From positions 47,692,806 through 47,731,255 of the forward strand of contig NC_068989.1 of the NCBI RefSeq assembly GCF_001194135.2: 38,450 nt of DNA, written 5' to 3'. Numbering within the stretch: the first letter of the stretch is position 1; the number at the start of each line of letters is the position of its first letter. A program made the position numbers and the translations under genes. Positions 10,840 through 24,659 of the stretch are shown piece by piece. The notes under the pieces are model-generated. The model had not been told where the DNA came from. It saw nothing but the letters and a program-made list of their open reading frames with translations, and did not search any database. Origin of the DNA: Octopus bimaculoides (lineage: Eukaryota).

Positions 10840-11078
10840 TGTGTGCGTGCGTGCGAGTATGTATATGCAATCATGGACATGGTATGCGTTTATGTATGCT
10901 TCCATATGTAAGCGTTTATATTTAAGTACGTGCATGTTTGTTTGGTTTCCGCGAGTGTATATGTGTATATGTATGCGTGTTTTTTTTAATGTTTGCAGCT
11001 ATATATATTTCCTGATGGTTCCATAGTTTGTAGTAATTGCTCTCTCGCGACACATATGCCGGTATACATACACCATAT

Positions 11079-11125
<47 letters not shown>

Positions 11126-11430
11126 AATCCTCCTCTTTCTTTGGCTGTATCCCCTCTATATCTCCCTCTGCCTGTATCTCTCTCTCTGTCCCCCCTCTCT
11201 ATATCTCATCTTGCTTACGTCTATCTGCCTCATGCTCTCTGTCTCTTTTCTCTCCCTTTCTCTCTCTCTCTTTCTTTCTCCCTCTCTCTCCCTACCTCTC
11301 AATATATGCATACATATACGCTAGACACAACTTTAATACATTTAATGTTATCGAATAGATTATATATGCTGTTATATATGCGCACAACTATGTATGCATG
11401 TATGTATGTATGTATGTATCTATCTATCTA

Positions 11431-11491
<61 letters not shown>

Positions 11492-11521
11492 NNNNNNNNN
11501 NNNNNNNNNNNNNNNNNNNNN

Positions 11522-11576
<55 letters not shown>

Positions 11577-12159
11577 CACACTTACTTATAGACACACACA
11601 CTTCCATATAAGTACATATATATGCAGGGCTGCATGTTTGTAGATTTTCTTGTGTGTGACTCTGTGTGTGTGTGTATGTGTGTGTGCGGATGCGCGCGCA
11701 TTTTTGTGCCTGTAAAAACGATGTTTGTACTTCTGTATGTGGTTCTGATAGTGTGTGCGTGTGCTTTCTGGTTTCGATTTGCTTGCTCTGTATTCTAGGA
11801 AATAACATCTAACATCAGTTAATTCCTAATTATGTTTTTTGCTTTAACTAAAATTTTATTGGAGCAGTGCGGCTTCATGCCAGACTATTAGGAATCCATT
11901 ACAAGTGCGAGGTGTCAACCTCTATTTCTAGCAAAATACGCTCTAGTCAATAAAATATAACTGCTACACACACGAACAAATATATTTCTATACCAATGCC
12001 TTTGTGTATGTGTGTGTATCTGTGTGTGTGTGTGTGTCTCCGTGTGTGTCCGTGTGTGAATGCGTGTATATATGTGTATGCCCAAATATATATACATAAA
12101 TAATTATAAATATATATGCGTATATATATACTTACATACACACACACACACACACACAT

Positions 12160-12216
<57 letters not shown>

Positions 12217-12377
12217 TGCATACACATATATACACGCATTTACACTAGCGGAAACCCATTTATACATGCCCAAATATATATACATATAAATATATCTAAA
12301 TATATACATGTACATACATCATACGTACATACATACATACAATCATACATACATACATACATACATACATACATACA

Positions 12378-12413
<36 letters not shown>

Positions 12414-12929
12414 TCCAGATATGCATATATACTTTCTGACATGCTCATATGCATATATGATATCTCTCAAGTCATGACTGAAGTACACCATCACTAACCA
12501 TTAAGAACATTTGGTACTCAAACGAAAATTATACTTTACACTTGTGGCCCCGTTGATGACTACATCCGTAGATATTAGAGGTCAAACATCTTCCATTCAC
12601 TACGCCGTCAGCCCGTTTTTATTCAGCTCGCTTAAATTCTGCATGAAACATGCATGTCTCTTTGACACTTGGTTTCTCTTCACTTACTTGTTTTCTCCAC
12701 TGGTGGTAATGGCAATTATTTCTTTCTCACTTGACTTTCCATACTTTCAACGAGGACTTTACACAGTCCTTAAACTGTAGTCATTATCTCTGTTGGTACC
12801 GATTTATACAAGTATGTTTTGTAGTATATGTTCTTGGGATCTTTCGATTATTCATATGAACAAACCCGGTCCAAAGAAAACGTTCCTTGTGCAACTTCGC
12901 CCGAATGTTCAGGACATCCAGTAGCCTCA

Positions 12930-13333
12930 ACACTTCTGTATCTGAAGTTCGCAAGGATCAGCCAACATTCAGAATGTGTTTCATACATTTTTGAGAGAAG
13001 CTTTCAAGTAATCCTAAATTCGGTCTAAGCAATAGCCTGGACAAAATATTTGTAATATTCCTCCCTACTCCTGGAAACACGAAAAACCATACTAGCTGAA
13101 GGAAGAATATCGAAAGTGGTAGACAAGTGTCTCTATCTGGTCAGGGCAGTCAGCCATTCTTGATACTCGGATGATGAAATATCTTTAAGGTTTCAGGGGT
13201 CATCTGGTTCCTCCAGAGTTCTTCCGTTTCATGCTTAGTCCCAACTTAACATCACGAGAGAACAAAAGTTACTGTATGCCGTGCGTGTGTACTGACACCG
13301 CTCTGTTGCTTACATGAGGCATGGACCCTTTAC
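12930..13333 (+). mobile_element. Heavily decayed RTE LINE reverse-transcriptase fragment
   Basis: Across frameshifts: LLY...HSE, FGLSNSLDK..IFLPTPG, KVVDKCLYL...DDEISLR, TKVTVCRACVLT...EAWTLY. The YADD motif is not intact. Confidence 0.7.
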
Positions 13334-13572
13334 ATACATGAATACACGCATGCATGCATACATACACACGTACAAATATGCAAACATGCATACATACATA
13401 CATAAATACATACAAGCATAAATATAAGCATACATACATGCATACACACATACATAAATACAATCATACTTACAAACACACATACAGACATGCATACATA
13501 CAAGCATACATACATATATACACATGTATGCATGCATGCATGCATACATACATACACATATACATACATATG
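13334..13572. repeat. (CATA/CATG)n degenerate microsatellite
   Basis: Directly visible. Confidence 0.9.
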
Positions 13573-13888
13573 CAATGCAACCATTGAAGGATGATTTTAT
13601 GAACAAATGATTTTGTAATCTCTGATATTTCCCCAGCGATGATTTTGTGCAAAACTGTCACCTGTGTTCTTTTACTTCGTATATTTTAGTGACAAAGGGC
13701 AATGTTTCCCTGTTCTCTATCGACAACGTAAATACTTAAATGCATAAATTTTCGTGTACATTACGTACATTACTCTCGAGCAGAAAGTTAATGAAAGGAA
13801 TTTTCCGTTTGCTTCGTCTATTGATTTTTTTCTTTGCTATATTTCGCTTATTGTACAAATATTCTTTGTTTATGCTTAATATTCTAGG

Positions 13889-14046
13889 AAGAGAGAGGAG
13901 AGAGACAGACAGAAGAAAGAGAGAGGAGAGAGACAGACAGAAGAAAGAGAGAGGAGAGAGACAGACAGAATAAAGAGAGAGGAGAGAGACAGACAGAAGA
14001 AAGAGAGAGGAGAGAGACAGACAGAAGAAAGAGAGAGGAGAGAGAC
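13889..14046. repeat. 28 bp purine minisatellite, ~5.6 copies
   Basis: Unit AAGAGAGAGGAGAGAGACAGACAGAAGA. Confidence 0.93.
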
Positions 14047-14244
14047 GGAAAGAGAGAGAAAGAGAGAGAGAGAGAGACAGAAAGAGCGAAAGAGAGATGG
14101 TTGGATGCATGGACGATTGTATGGTTGGATAGATGGATGTGTGCATGTACATAAATATGTGAAAGCATATGTATAAAGTTATATATATTTACATGGTAGA
14201 AATTTATGTATGTATATACATATATAAGTATGTTTGGATGTAGA

Positions 14245-14850
<606 letters not shown>

Positions 14851-15377
14851 CGTCCTGGTGGAATGCACGTGTTTGTCCTCTCGTAAGTTTTTGTTCAAAA
14901 TTTTGGTTTCCGAAAGTTGTTAAATACTTATTTTGTTTCTAAACATTTAACCAAAACACCAACGTTGTACAGGTTGGCTGTAATCTCAGAATAAGTTTTT
15001 CAAAATTAATTTTAGAAAACAAACATGGCGAAACCAGGTCTGTTAAAAGACATAGGGTGAGATGTGCTTCACATAGAGAGGTGCAAGATGCCATAGTATC
15101 CTCCGCCTACAAAGCACACAGCAGGTTCATATTCACGAGCAAGAAATGGCCAAGTCGTCAATCAAAAATAATAGTAGCAACAAATTCAGCGACATAAGAA
15201 ACTACGAAGCTGAATTCCCTTCAATCCAATGGAATATTCCAACACAAAAGACAGCTCATAGCAGCAGGACCACAACTACAACCGACTCCGTCCGCACCAC
15301 AACTATAACGAATAAACTAAAGACAGTACATAGTAACAGTATCACAACAACCGACTCCACCACCTCCCAACACTACA

Positions 15378-16398
15378 ATGAATAACATCGTTATAAATGG
15401 CAAAAATTCATTCACTGTAGCGGCAGCCAAGGGCAAGGAATTCTTTTGCATTCATCTGCTTCAGAGGGACATGTGTCTAGCAGAGGCAGCTAAATTAATA
15501 AGACTTGAGAAAGTGTGAGCGGAAATTACTATTCCCATCGAGGTCTTAGCAGAAACAAAGAAGAAAACTGTGTTGTATAGATTCTCCGAAAACACGAAGT
15601 GGCTAGAGATGTGGAATGGACACTGATAAAAATAATGCCGGGCATTCTAAATATTTCGAGGGCAAAACAGTTTTCGGGCATTTCCGAAATTTTTAAATTT
15701 GAAGATCTGGTCGCCAAACACTCCGTGGTTCCCTATCGGATGTGCTCCATCCATCCTATTGAGGCAGGTAGATGGTGCGCATAAAGATAGCTGGAGTACC
15801 ACCAGAGGTAAACCTATGGTGGGTTCTAGTGGCGATAGCTTTGGCAGGGAGTAACAGCACCCTGGAATTGAGGAGGACACAACATGAAAATTGGTCTGGG
15901 ACCAGTGTGGAGGTGCTCTTTCACATTCAACCAGAGATATTCACAAGATCCCAGACCTGATTCACCTTCCAGGAGGGGAATAATTGCATGTTACAGTTGA
16001 GAGTGCCATGATACCACCTGTGTGAAGCGACAGGACACTTGAGAGCCTTATGCCCCAAACAGAAGACAGGGAACCATGGACGTCCCTTACTGCCAACACC
16101 AGGTCCCCCAAAAGCTCAACAACAGCGACCAGCAATAAAAGCAGCTCTAGCTCCAGAAACAACGACATCCTCATCATCAAGAACAGTAAAACAAATTAGT
16201 AAAGGAAAATCACTAACACCAGCATCAACATCAACCCCAGTAGCAACAGCAACAGCACCAGCAACAGCACCAGCAACAGATGCACCAGGTTCACTCGCTT
16301 TAACAGCAGAAGAGACAATATATAAGGACACACAGAGCACCCAGTGGCTCTCTCAACGAAGCTCTTCCACTCCTTCTTTCTACTTCAAACCGCATTGA
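15378..16398 (+). mobile_element. Decayed gag-like ORF1 of a non-LTR retrotransposon (CCHC knuckle; L1/Tx1-like or similar)
   Basis: Frameshifted reading MNNIVINGKNSF...VRIKIAGVPPEV...IPDLIHLPGGE*LHVTVE, then (Y/C)HLCEATGHLRALCP (Cx2Cx4Hx4C with the first C mutated, 16012-16053), followed by a P/T/A-rich tail. The clade is inferred. Confidence 0.62.
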
Positions 16399-16689
16399 CT
16401 CACACTCTGATTCCACAGACTGCTATCAAATAACTGAAGCAAGTAAAAGAATATATATTGCAATCAAAATAAACAGGGATACACAGTTGATTCCATCTGT
16501 ACAGGATTATGGTTGATGTTGTTACCCCTTCTCATACGTTCAGCTGTTGGTTGTACTTCCGCTATGGTGAGATAGAAATTCGCAGTTTACGAATATTTGA
16601 TCTTTGTTCCTATAAATGTGCAAATGGAATAAACAAATCACAAAACTTGACATTATGGTGTTTGTAGTAATAATCTTTTCTTTCTGTTT

Positions 16690-16984
16690 TCACTTGTTTC
16701 GCTAATTTGACTTCGGCCATGCTGAGGCAGCACCTTCGAGGGTTTTAACCACAGGATTTTTTAAAACCTAGTACTTATTTTATTGGTCTCTTTTGCCGAA
16801 CCGTTAGGTTATGGAGCCGTAAACAAACCAACACTGCTCGTCAAGCGGTGATGGGTGACAAAGACACGCACACACATTCCGTCTATCAAATCCACTCGCA
16901 AGGCGTGAGTGCAACTCAGTGGAACTGAACCCGGAACCATGTGGTTGGGAAGCGAGCTGCTTACCACACAGTCAGGTCTGCGCC
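16690..16984 (-). mobile_element. SINE family A with internal deletion
   Basis: Reverse complement matches the head and tail of 5461-5877. Confidence 0.85.
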
Positions 16985-17107
16985 TTTAATGTCTAAACAT
17001 CCTTCAAAATTTCTATACCGACCTTCTTAAAATTTTAAAGGTACTACTTGAATAGAATCGTCTTCAACTGGCATAATTATTTATTCATGTGTAAGTTTAA
17101 AAAATTG

Positions 17108-17147
17108 TGATTCTGTTTCATTCACTGGTGAATTCTTCAGCGTAGTT
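17108..17147 (-). ncRNA. Decayed hammerhead-like motif
   Basis: CUGAAGA-AUUCAC-CA-GUGAAU-GAAAC: core and stem II are perfect; stems I and III cannot be formed. Confidence 0.4.
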
Positions 17148-17351
17148 TGTAAACAAGAGAGACAGGCTGAAAGAGATAGATAATAGTGCAAATAGTATTC
17201 TATGAAAGGATAGGAGAACAATCGAAATATGTTACTCATTAATTCGTATTTGAATAATGTTCGACAGCAACATGTGTTCTATAGGGTTAAATTTAAAGAA
17301 AATATTCAGAAGATAGGTTGTTAAATTATAAGAGCCGTGAGCTTAACATAT

Positions 17352-17540
17352 GGCCGTCAAGCCAGCAGAATCGTTAGCACGCTGGGCAAAGTGCTTAGTA
17401 TCATTTCTTCAGCCTTTTCATTCTGAGATCAAATTCCCGTTTTGGTCCTATCACATTGGATGAAATAAATAACGGTTGAACACTGGCATATAACTGGTTG
17501 CTATCTCCTATCAAAATTTCAGGCATTGCGCCTATGGACA
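17352..17540 (+). mobile_element. SINE family B, diverged
   Basis: CAGCAGAATCGTTAGCACGCTGGGCAAAGTGCTTAG head and AAATTTCAGGC...GTGCCTAT-like tail. Confidence 0.75.
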
Positions 17541-18102
17541 AAAGAAAAGACAAAAGTATTTGAGTAAAATATATAAAATGTGAAACAAACACATTTTGAA
17601 TATTTTAAAATTGACAGACATATATGTTACGTACAGAGCTAATATATAGGATGGCAAAAAAAAAATGTATTTAAATGCTTGATTACAAAGAGCAATATGA
17701 AATTTATGGTTAAAGAATTTAGACAAGTAAGATGAAGTTCTTTTACTGTAAAATTCTGAGATGTCATGAAATTATGCTAATTTGAAGAAATTTGAACAGT
17801 AGTAAGAATATTATCAAATTAACAAAGTCGACAATGTAAGAAGTGAAATGAAAGCATGTTGAGAAATGTCAGTGAAATAATGTTAAACATTGAGGAAGCG
17901 TTAAATTGTGTCTAGGTATCTGATTAATGCTTATAAGAAATGACAATAGCTATTGTAATAATAACGAATGAGGTTAAATATATATGTGACGTACATTAAA
18001 TGAATTATATATATATATATATATATATATTGGTAGATAAATATACATATATATAGATATATAAGTATTATTATAGACAAATATTTATATACACATGTGT
18101 GT

Positions 18103-18149
<47 letters not shown>

Positions 18150-18167
18150 CATGTGTATATATATATC

Positions 18168-18899
18168 TTTTGGAGAATCTTGTTCATGCTCTAAGATTTT
18201 ATGAGGATTCTGTAGTCCCCATATGCACATGTTATGGCGGATAACGTTACTGCTTAGATGAAAAGTAGCTTCAGCACAAAAGATTAATCACAGAAAAATA
18301 CTGTCATCTATGTCCTCTAAGAGTTGCATTACTGAATTCCACACATTTCCTTTTATCACCAACACGAAGAGTTTGTACAATTTGTAAGTTATATGACTTC
18401 ATGGTCAAACGTTTCCTTAACACACACTACTCAGTTGTGTGAGGTAATGCAAGTTCTAAGCTAACTCGGTGAGCAGGCTTATGCGGGCTTATGCGGGCTT
18501 CGCTGAAACGCCTGTTGAACTCTTCGCACATTTTCCTCAGTAATGCGGGGTCGACCTGGACTCTTCCCCCTGCACAAACACCCAGTTTCTTCAATCTGCC
18601 TATACCAACGACGGATGTTCTTTGACAGTGGTGGATTAAAATCAAAACGGTTACGAAACACACGCTAAACGGAAATCACTGCTTCACTCTACCTAAACTG
18701 TAGCACGCAAAACGCCTACTGTTGAGCGGACCACATCTTGCCAACTTACATTGAGGATTAAGGCATGGATCGACCTCTAGCGGTGATTCTCTAAAGCTGT
18801 CGACTATGACAATTTCAGCCACACAACTATCAATCGCTGGATGCTTGTAGTTCACCGCAAAAATGATTAAAATGGCCCATCTTTTTAAAATACCCTGTA
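18168..18899 (-). mobile_element. Tc1/mariner-superfamily transposon, left TIR plus 5' part of a transposase pseudogene
   Basis: TIR-like TACAGGGTATTTTAAAAAGATGG at ~18899; ATG at 18736. Reads MWSAQQ*AFCVLQF...RRWYRQIEETGCLCRGKSPGRPR...RSPHK...LRKRLTMKSYNLQIVQ...LIFCAEATFHLS..RHN.CIWGLQNPH...DSPK, with stops and frameshifts; truncated by (TA)n. Confidence 0.93.
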
Positions 18900-19269
18900 T
18901 ACGTATTTATGTATATATTTTTATTTTTCCCTATACATACATACGCACATACATACATGCATACACATAGTACATATCTATCAAACCACACATACACACA
19001 CACACGCACGTGTATGTGTGTGTGTGTGTGTGTGTGTACTTTTACTTCACCTCTATATTTGAATTTTGTGTTTTTTTTTTTATAGTTTATTGTATTTCTC
19101 TATTGCTTCGTTCTCCGAGGTCATTGCTTCCTTAAAGCAGACTATAAGTGGTAAACTGCTGAGTACATTTATTGCCTATAGATATATATATACTGGGTCA
19201 GGTTGTTATCTGTTGCCCGTCCAACCCATACCAGTAGTGTGGAAAGTGGGAGTTATATGATGAGGAGGA

Positions 19270-19350
19270 AAAGGAGGGTGACGACGACCAGAAAGAGGAG
19301 GAGGACGAAGAAAAGGGAGAGGAGGAGGACGAAGAAAAGGGAGAGGAGAA
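19270..19350. repeat. 24 bp purine-rich tandem repeat, ~2.5 copies
   Basis: GAGGAGGAGGACGAAGAAAAGGGA repeated. Confidence 0.85.
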
Positions 19351-19432
19351 GATGTGTAATATTGAAAACCCACGTGTCCCTCACCTTGTGAGAATGCAGG
19401 TTTCGTTAAAATCATCTATTATTATTTGTTAC

Positions 19433-19606
19433 AAATGCAGCGAGCGAACAGGAACCTTAGCATGCCGGACGAAATGCTTTTCGTCTGTCTCTACGTTCTG
19501 ATATAAAATTCCGTTGAGTTCGACTTTGACTGTCGATACAATAGGTTGATGTACTCGACTTAACAACCACCCCGAAATTGCTGGCTTAGTGTCAAAATTT
19601 GAAAAC
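19433..19606 (+). mobile_element. SINE family B, diverged with deletions
   Basis: TTAGCATGCCGGACGAAATGCTT..TCGTCTGTCTCTACGTTCTG...GAGTTCGACTTTG. Confidence 0.7.
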
Positions 19607-19946
19607 TGTTTTGTTTGTTACAATTCCTTCGATTTATTTTTGGATTCTCTGTTTAAATATGAACATTACGCATATAGCTGTTGACTAGGTTTTCCAATGG
19701 TAATTCTAACAAGGCGGTGGGGAGACTCAAATTCTACCCAATGAGGAATTAAGCTAACACTTTCAGCAACGCATGAAAGTAACTGCCACGTGTTTGACGA
19801 CCTGATGCAGACTGATTTTCGTTTCAACCGCTGTTACATTACAAGAACAGTGAATCGAACAAGAATCATTTTGTTTGAATCAACTACAATTTATGTTTAA
19901 ATTTTATAATGCATTTTCTTCGAAAAGCTTTCAATAATTTTACATG

Positions 19947-19995
19947 GAGATGCTTATTTCTGCACGTACTCACATACATACAAACACACACACGC

Positions 19996-20056
<61 letters not shown>

Positions 20057-20105
20057 TTCAATGTGTAAGAGATGTTTATTTCTGCACGTACTCACATACA
20101 TACAA

Positions 20106-20138
<33 letters not shown>

Positions 20139-20202
20139 CATTCAATGTGTAAGAGATGTTTATTTCTGCACGTACTCACACACACACATACATTCAATGT
20201 GT
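19947..20202. repeat. Three-unit tandem array with a constant anchor and variable (CA)n
   Basis: GAGATG(C/T)TTATTTCTGCACGTACTCACA at 19947, 20069 and 20153. Confidence 0.95.
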
Positions 20203-20369
20203 GAACTGCGCTGCAGTTTATCAATACATTTAGCGTTTTAAATATATACACATCACAGCTGGGTTTGAAGCCAGATCGGTAACAAATAATGCAAGTTATT
20301 TTCTGACACTCTAGACTTCCAGGAAGGGTGGTGAGCTAAACACAAAATTTTAAACTGTATTAATCTTCA

Positions 20370-20575
20370 TACTAATTTTGTCACAAGACCAATGACTTTG
20401 AGGGAAAAGGAAATGTCGATTACATCGACCCCAAGGGTTAACTAATTCTTATTTTATTGAGACCCCAAAGGATGAAATGCAAATTCGGCCTCGGAGGGAT
20501 TTGAACTGAGAACCTAAAAATCCAAAAGAAATATCGCCAAGCATTTTGACCCCCGGGCTAACGAATCAGCCAGGA
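20370..20575 (-). mobile_element. SINE family B, diverged
   Basis: Reverse complement aligns with 20685-20900. Confidence 0.72.
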
Positions 20576-20684
20576 CACTGTCCTACTAACCTATCAATCA
20601 GGAAAGTTACTATTACTACCATTAGGTTTTTAGCTGCATTAAAACAACATCTATGCTTAATGTAGCATTATGTGGACTTCCGTC

Positions 20685-20900
20685 AAAGGCTGCGAGACGG
20701 CAGAGTCGTTAGCACGCCTGATAAAACTGCCTAGTGGCATTTTGTCCCTCTGTACGTTCTGAGGTCAATTGCCCGCGAAGTCGACTTTGCCTTTCCTCCT
20801 TTCGGAGTCGATAAAACAAGTACGACTTGAGAACTAAGGTCGATGTAATCTATTAACCCCTTTCCTCAAATTTCAGGCTTTGGGCAAAAACTTGAAATCA
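20685..20900 (+). mobile_element. SINE family B
   Basis: AAGGCTGCGAGACGGCAGAGTCGTTAGCACG...GTCGACTTTGCCTTTC...GTCGATGTAATC. Confidence 0.82.
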
Positions 20901-22511
20901 TTATATGCAATTTCTTTATGTTTGTTTCGAGTTTTACTTTAGTATTTCATTTGTTGTGTAAAATAAGTGCTGTACGAGGTGATAATATTTTGTAAGCATT
21001 GTATGTATTTTGTTCATGTTATTGCCGTTGTGTAGAAGATTCATGCAGTGGCATCGAACCCATAGCCACGCGGTTGCAAAACGCCTACATATATATATAT
21101 GTTTACATGTATGTATTATATAAAGTGAAGGAAAAACTTACCCGGGATATCATATTCATTGTAGTGATTATATTTATATTTAATGTTAAGCGAAAATAAT
21201 GTTTCAAATTCTCTATTAACTATACGTTTCCAGTATATATATTTACTCCTTACCCACCCCGATATTGTGATGCCGACAGTTATCGCGTCAATTGTAGATG
21301 TACACCTTTTGACATTATATCATAACCGATTACGTAACTATGGATTGTTAGAATGCTAGAAATAACAGCCAAATTACTGTCAAACATCGCCTTACGAATT
21401 TTAAAATATATGGGACACACTGAACAGTATTGTAATAATTAATTAAAAGTTTACACTTGCTGGTGAATACAAATTATTCTCTGAACGATTAAATTTGGTT
21501 ATTATTTGACAACCCTCAACGGAGACATACACAGAATATTAATTATCTAAAATTATGTCCTTTGCGAATGATGACGATAATGATTTAAATTCCGAATTGT
21601 GATCAGAAAAAGGTTGGGTGAGGCATCCCCAAATCATGATTAGTTTATCTGCCTGAGCATAAAGCGAGGAATTTAAGACAAAACATCATCGGTGTCAAGA
21701 CTAAGGGTGTGGGTAGCAAAATACTATGGCACAAAGAAATGATTATTGGATAAAGAGAGGTACTGGTTTTTAGGTTTTTAAAAAATGCGATCGAATTCTA
21801 TTCGAGATTGCATTGTGCTTAAGCATATATACATTAGTTTAACGTGAATACAGGATGTGGTGGTGAAAGCGGGCGAGAGAGAGAAAGATAGCTCTTTTTA
21901 GCCTCTCGGTGAGCAATGAGGTCTGAGATACAGTGTTTGAATAAAAACACGTGCTTGATCGTGGCTGTAACAAATGAGTTCAGAGGACTGCTCGATGTTT
22001 TCTGACCTAGGGGTTAAACAAAGACAGCAAAACTAACGGCTGCAATGTTTATATGCCACCTGTCATGTTGTATACAAAAAACAAAAGCAAAACAAATATG
22101 TTCTGAAACTTTCAGACAGGTGTTAGAGTGTAAGTATTTCTACTCCAAATAAACATCAGAGACGATATACCTCAAACACAACTTGCTGGAATTAAAAGGT
22201 TTCAAGTTCTTAATTGGGAGTTTGTTTCATGCAATCACATATTTGAGAAGCCGCTTCTCTCTTCAACAGGTATCTCAGGGTTACATACATCCACGCTCCC
22301 TTGGCCTGTTACCTTTGCTTCAGTTGAGCAGCTATGCACAATTTCCATTTTGAAAGAGCAAGGAAAAGGGGGAAAATGGGATTAGATAAAAAGAATGTTA
22401 GTGGTAAAATAAGCCAAGCAAAACCTACAGGAGATACTTAGAGATCAATCTAAACTCCTTTTTTTTTGACACAACCATATCGTTGGGGACCGCTTTGTAC
22501 ATTCACTAGGT

Positions 22512-22893
22512 TGTTGGCACTCCGTCGCTTACGACGTCGAGGGTTCCAGTTGATCCGATCAACGGAACAGCCTCCTCGTGAAATTAACGTGCAAGTGGCT
22601 GAGCACTCCACAGACACGTCTACCCTTAACGTAGTTCTCGGGGATATTCAGCGTGACACAGTGTGACAAGGCTGACCCTTTGAATTACAGGCACAACAGA
22701 AACAGGAAGAAAGAGTGAGAGAAAGTTGTGGTGGAAGAGTACAGCAGGGTTCGCCACCATCCCCTGCCGGAGCCTCGTGGAGCTTTAGGTGTTTCCGCTC
22801 AATAAACACTCACAATGCCCGGTCTGGGAATCGAAACCGCGATCCTATGACCCCGAGTCCGCTGCCCTAACCACTGGGCCATTGCGCCTCCAC
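22512..22893 (-). mobile_element. tRNA-derived SINE family D, full length with TSD
   Basis: Head GTGGAGGCGCAATGGCCCAGTGGTTAGGGC (A box) and GGTTTCGATTCCC (B box). 13 bp TSD ACATTCAC(T/C)AGGT at 22499-22511 and 22892-22904. Confidence 0.92.
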
Positions 22894-23524
22894 ATTCACC
22901 AGGTACATCAACGTTATCAACATTTAACCCATCACTGTGGTTGCATCACCTAACTGGGACAGCTATACATAAACTCCCTTTCGAAATTCCGCTAGGCATA
23001 CGGGAAGTAAGGGAAAGGAAGGCAAGAGTTAAAGTAAATTAAACAGCAGTGATACATTAAAAAAAAAAAGGCATGAATAGACGCAAGCTCTTTATCTTGA
23101 TTTTGATCAAAATATTCATACTGTATTCATATCTCAGGGCCCTAAACATTTCGTTCTCTTAGCTTGTACGCTTCGCCTGAGTGGAACAGCTGTATAATAT
23201 TTTATATTCTTAAATTCTGCAGGAACGTAGGGAGGAAAGCGAAGTGGCACTTAGCTTCCACTCCCAACATTTGGCAGCCAGCTACTATTTTTTTAATTAT
23301 TTAAAGTAGTCACTGAGGTTATGGTATTTAATGTTATCTTTTTATGTTTTATGTTTTTAGATAGGACACACGTTAAAACACTTTCAGTAACATGAACACA
23401 AGTGCGAGGATAAAAACATGTATATGTGTGTATGTGTATGTGTGTATGTATGTGTATATATATTTCTGTGAGTGTGTATGTGTTCGTGTGTGTGTGTAAA
23501 TATAAATATATGTTATCTTTTATC

Positions 23525-23910
23525 TTGTACTTGTTTCAGTTATTTGACTGCAGCCATGCTGGGGTACCCACCTTGGGTTTTATTTAGTCGAACAAATCGA
23601 CCCCAGGAGTTGTTTCTTTAGAGCCTAGTACTTCTTCGATCGGTCTCTTTTGTCGAACCACTAATTTACGGCGACGTGAACACATGTACACCGGTTGTCA
23701 ATCGTGGGTGAGGGAACAGACACAGATACAATGACACACACACACACACACACATAGATATATACAAATATATACACGACAGGCTTCTTTCAGTTTCCGT
23801 CTATAGAATCCACTCACAAGACACTCGACATTTGACCTAGATGCCACGCAGTGGGACTGAAAACAGAACCATGTGGTTGGGAAACAAACTCCTTACCACA
23901 CAGCCACTAC
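23525..23910 (-). mobile_element. SINE family A
   Basis: Reverse complement aligns to 5461-5877. Confidence 0.88.
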
Positions 23911-24596
23911 TTTGTATGTATGCATGTATGTATGTATGCATATATGTATGTATGCATGTATGTATGTATGTATGTATGTATGCATGTATGTATGTATACA
24001 TGTATGTATGTATGTATGTATGTATGTATATATGCATGTATGTATGTATACATGCATGTATGTATATATATATATATANNNNNNNNNNNNNNNNNNNNNN
24101 NNNNNNNNNNNNNNNNNNNNNNNNNNNNNNNNNNNNNNNNNNNNNNNNNNNNNNNNNNNNNNNNNNNNNNNNNNNNNNNNNNNNNNNNNNNNNNNNNNNN
24201 NNNNNNNNNNNNNNNNNNNNNNNNNNNNNNNNNNNNNNNNNNNNNNNNNNNNNNNNNNNNNNNNNNNNNNNNNNNNNNNNNNNNNNNNNNNNNNNNNNNN
24301 NNNNNNNNNNNNNNNNNNNNNNNNNNNNNNNNNNNNNNNNNNNNNNNNNNNNNNNNNNNNNNNNNNNNNNNNNNNNNNNNNNNNNNNNNNNNNNNNNNNN
24401 NNNNNNNNNNNNNNNNNNNNNNNNNNNNNNNNNNNNNNNNNNNNNNNNNNNNNNNNNNNNNNNNNNNNNNNNNNNNNNNNNNNNNNNNNNNNNNNNNNNN
24501 NNNNNNNNNNNNNNNNNNNNNNNNNNNNNNNNNNNNNNNNNNNNNNNNNNNNNNNNNNNNNNNNNNNNNNNNNNNNNNNNNNNNNNNNNNNNNNNN

Positions 24597-24659
<63 letters not shown>

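Noticed and set aside
19947-20202. CRISPR-like repeat-spacer appearance
   Set aside because: Spacers are (CA)n, the context is eukaryotic and there are no cas genes.
22095-22136. Possible micro-exon (CTTTCAG...AGT|GTAAGT)
   Set aside because: Splice-like motifs arise often by chance; no reading-frame or expression evidence.
22830-22893. tRNA gene
   Set aside because: A and B boxes are present, but the sequence continues into a SINE body with a TSD; it is a SINE head.
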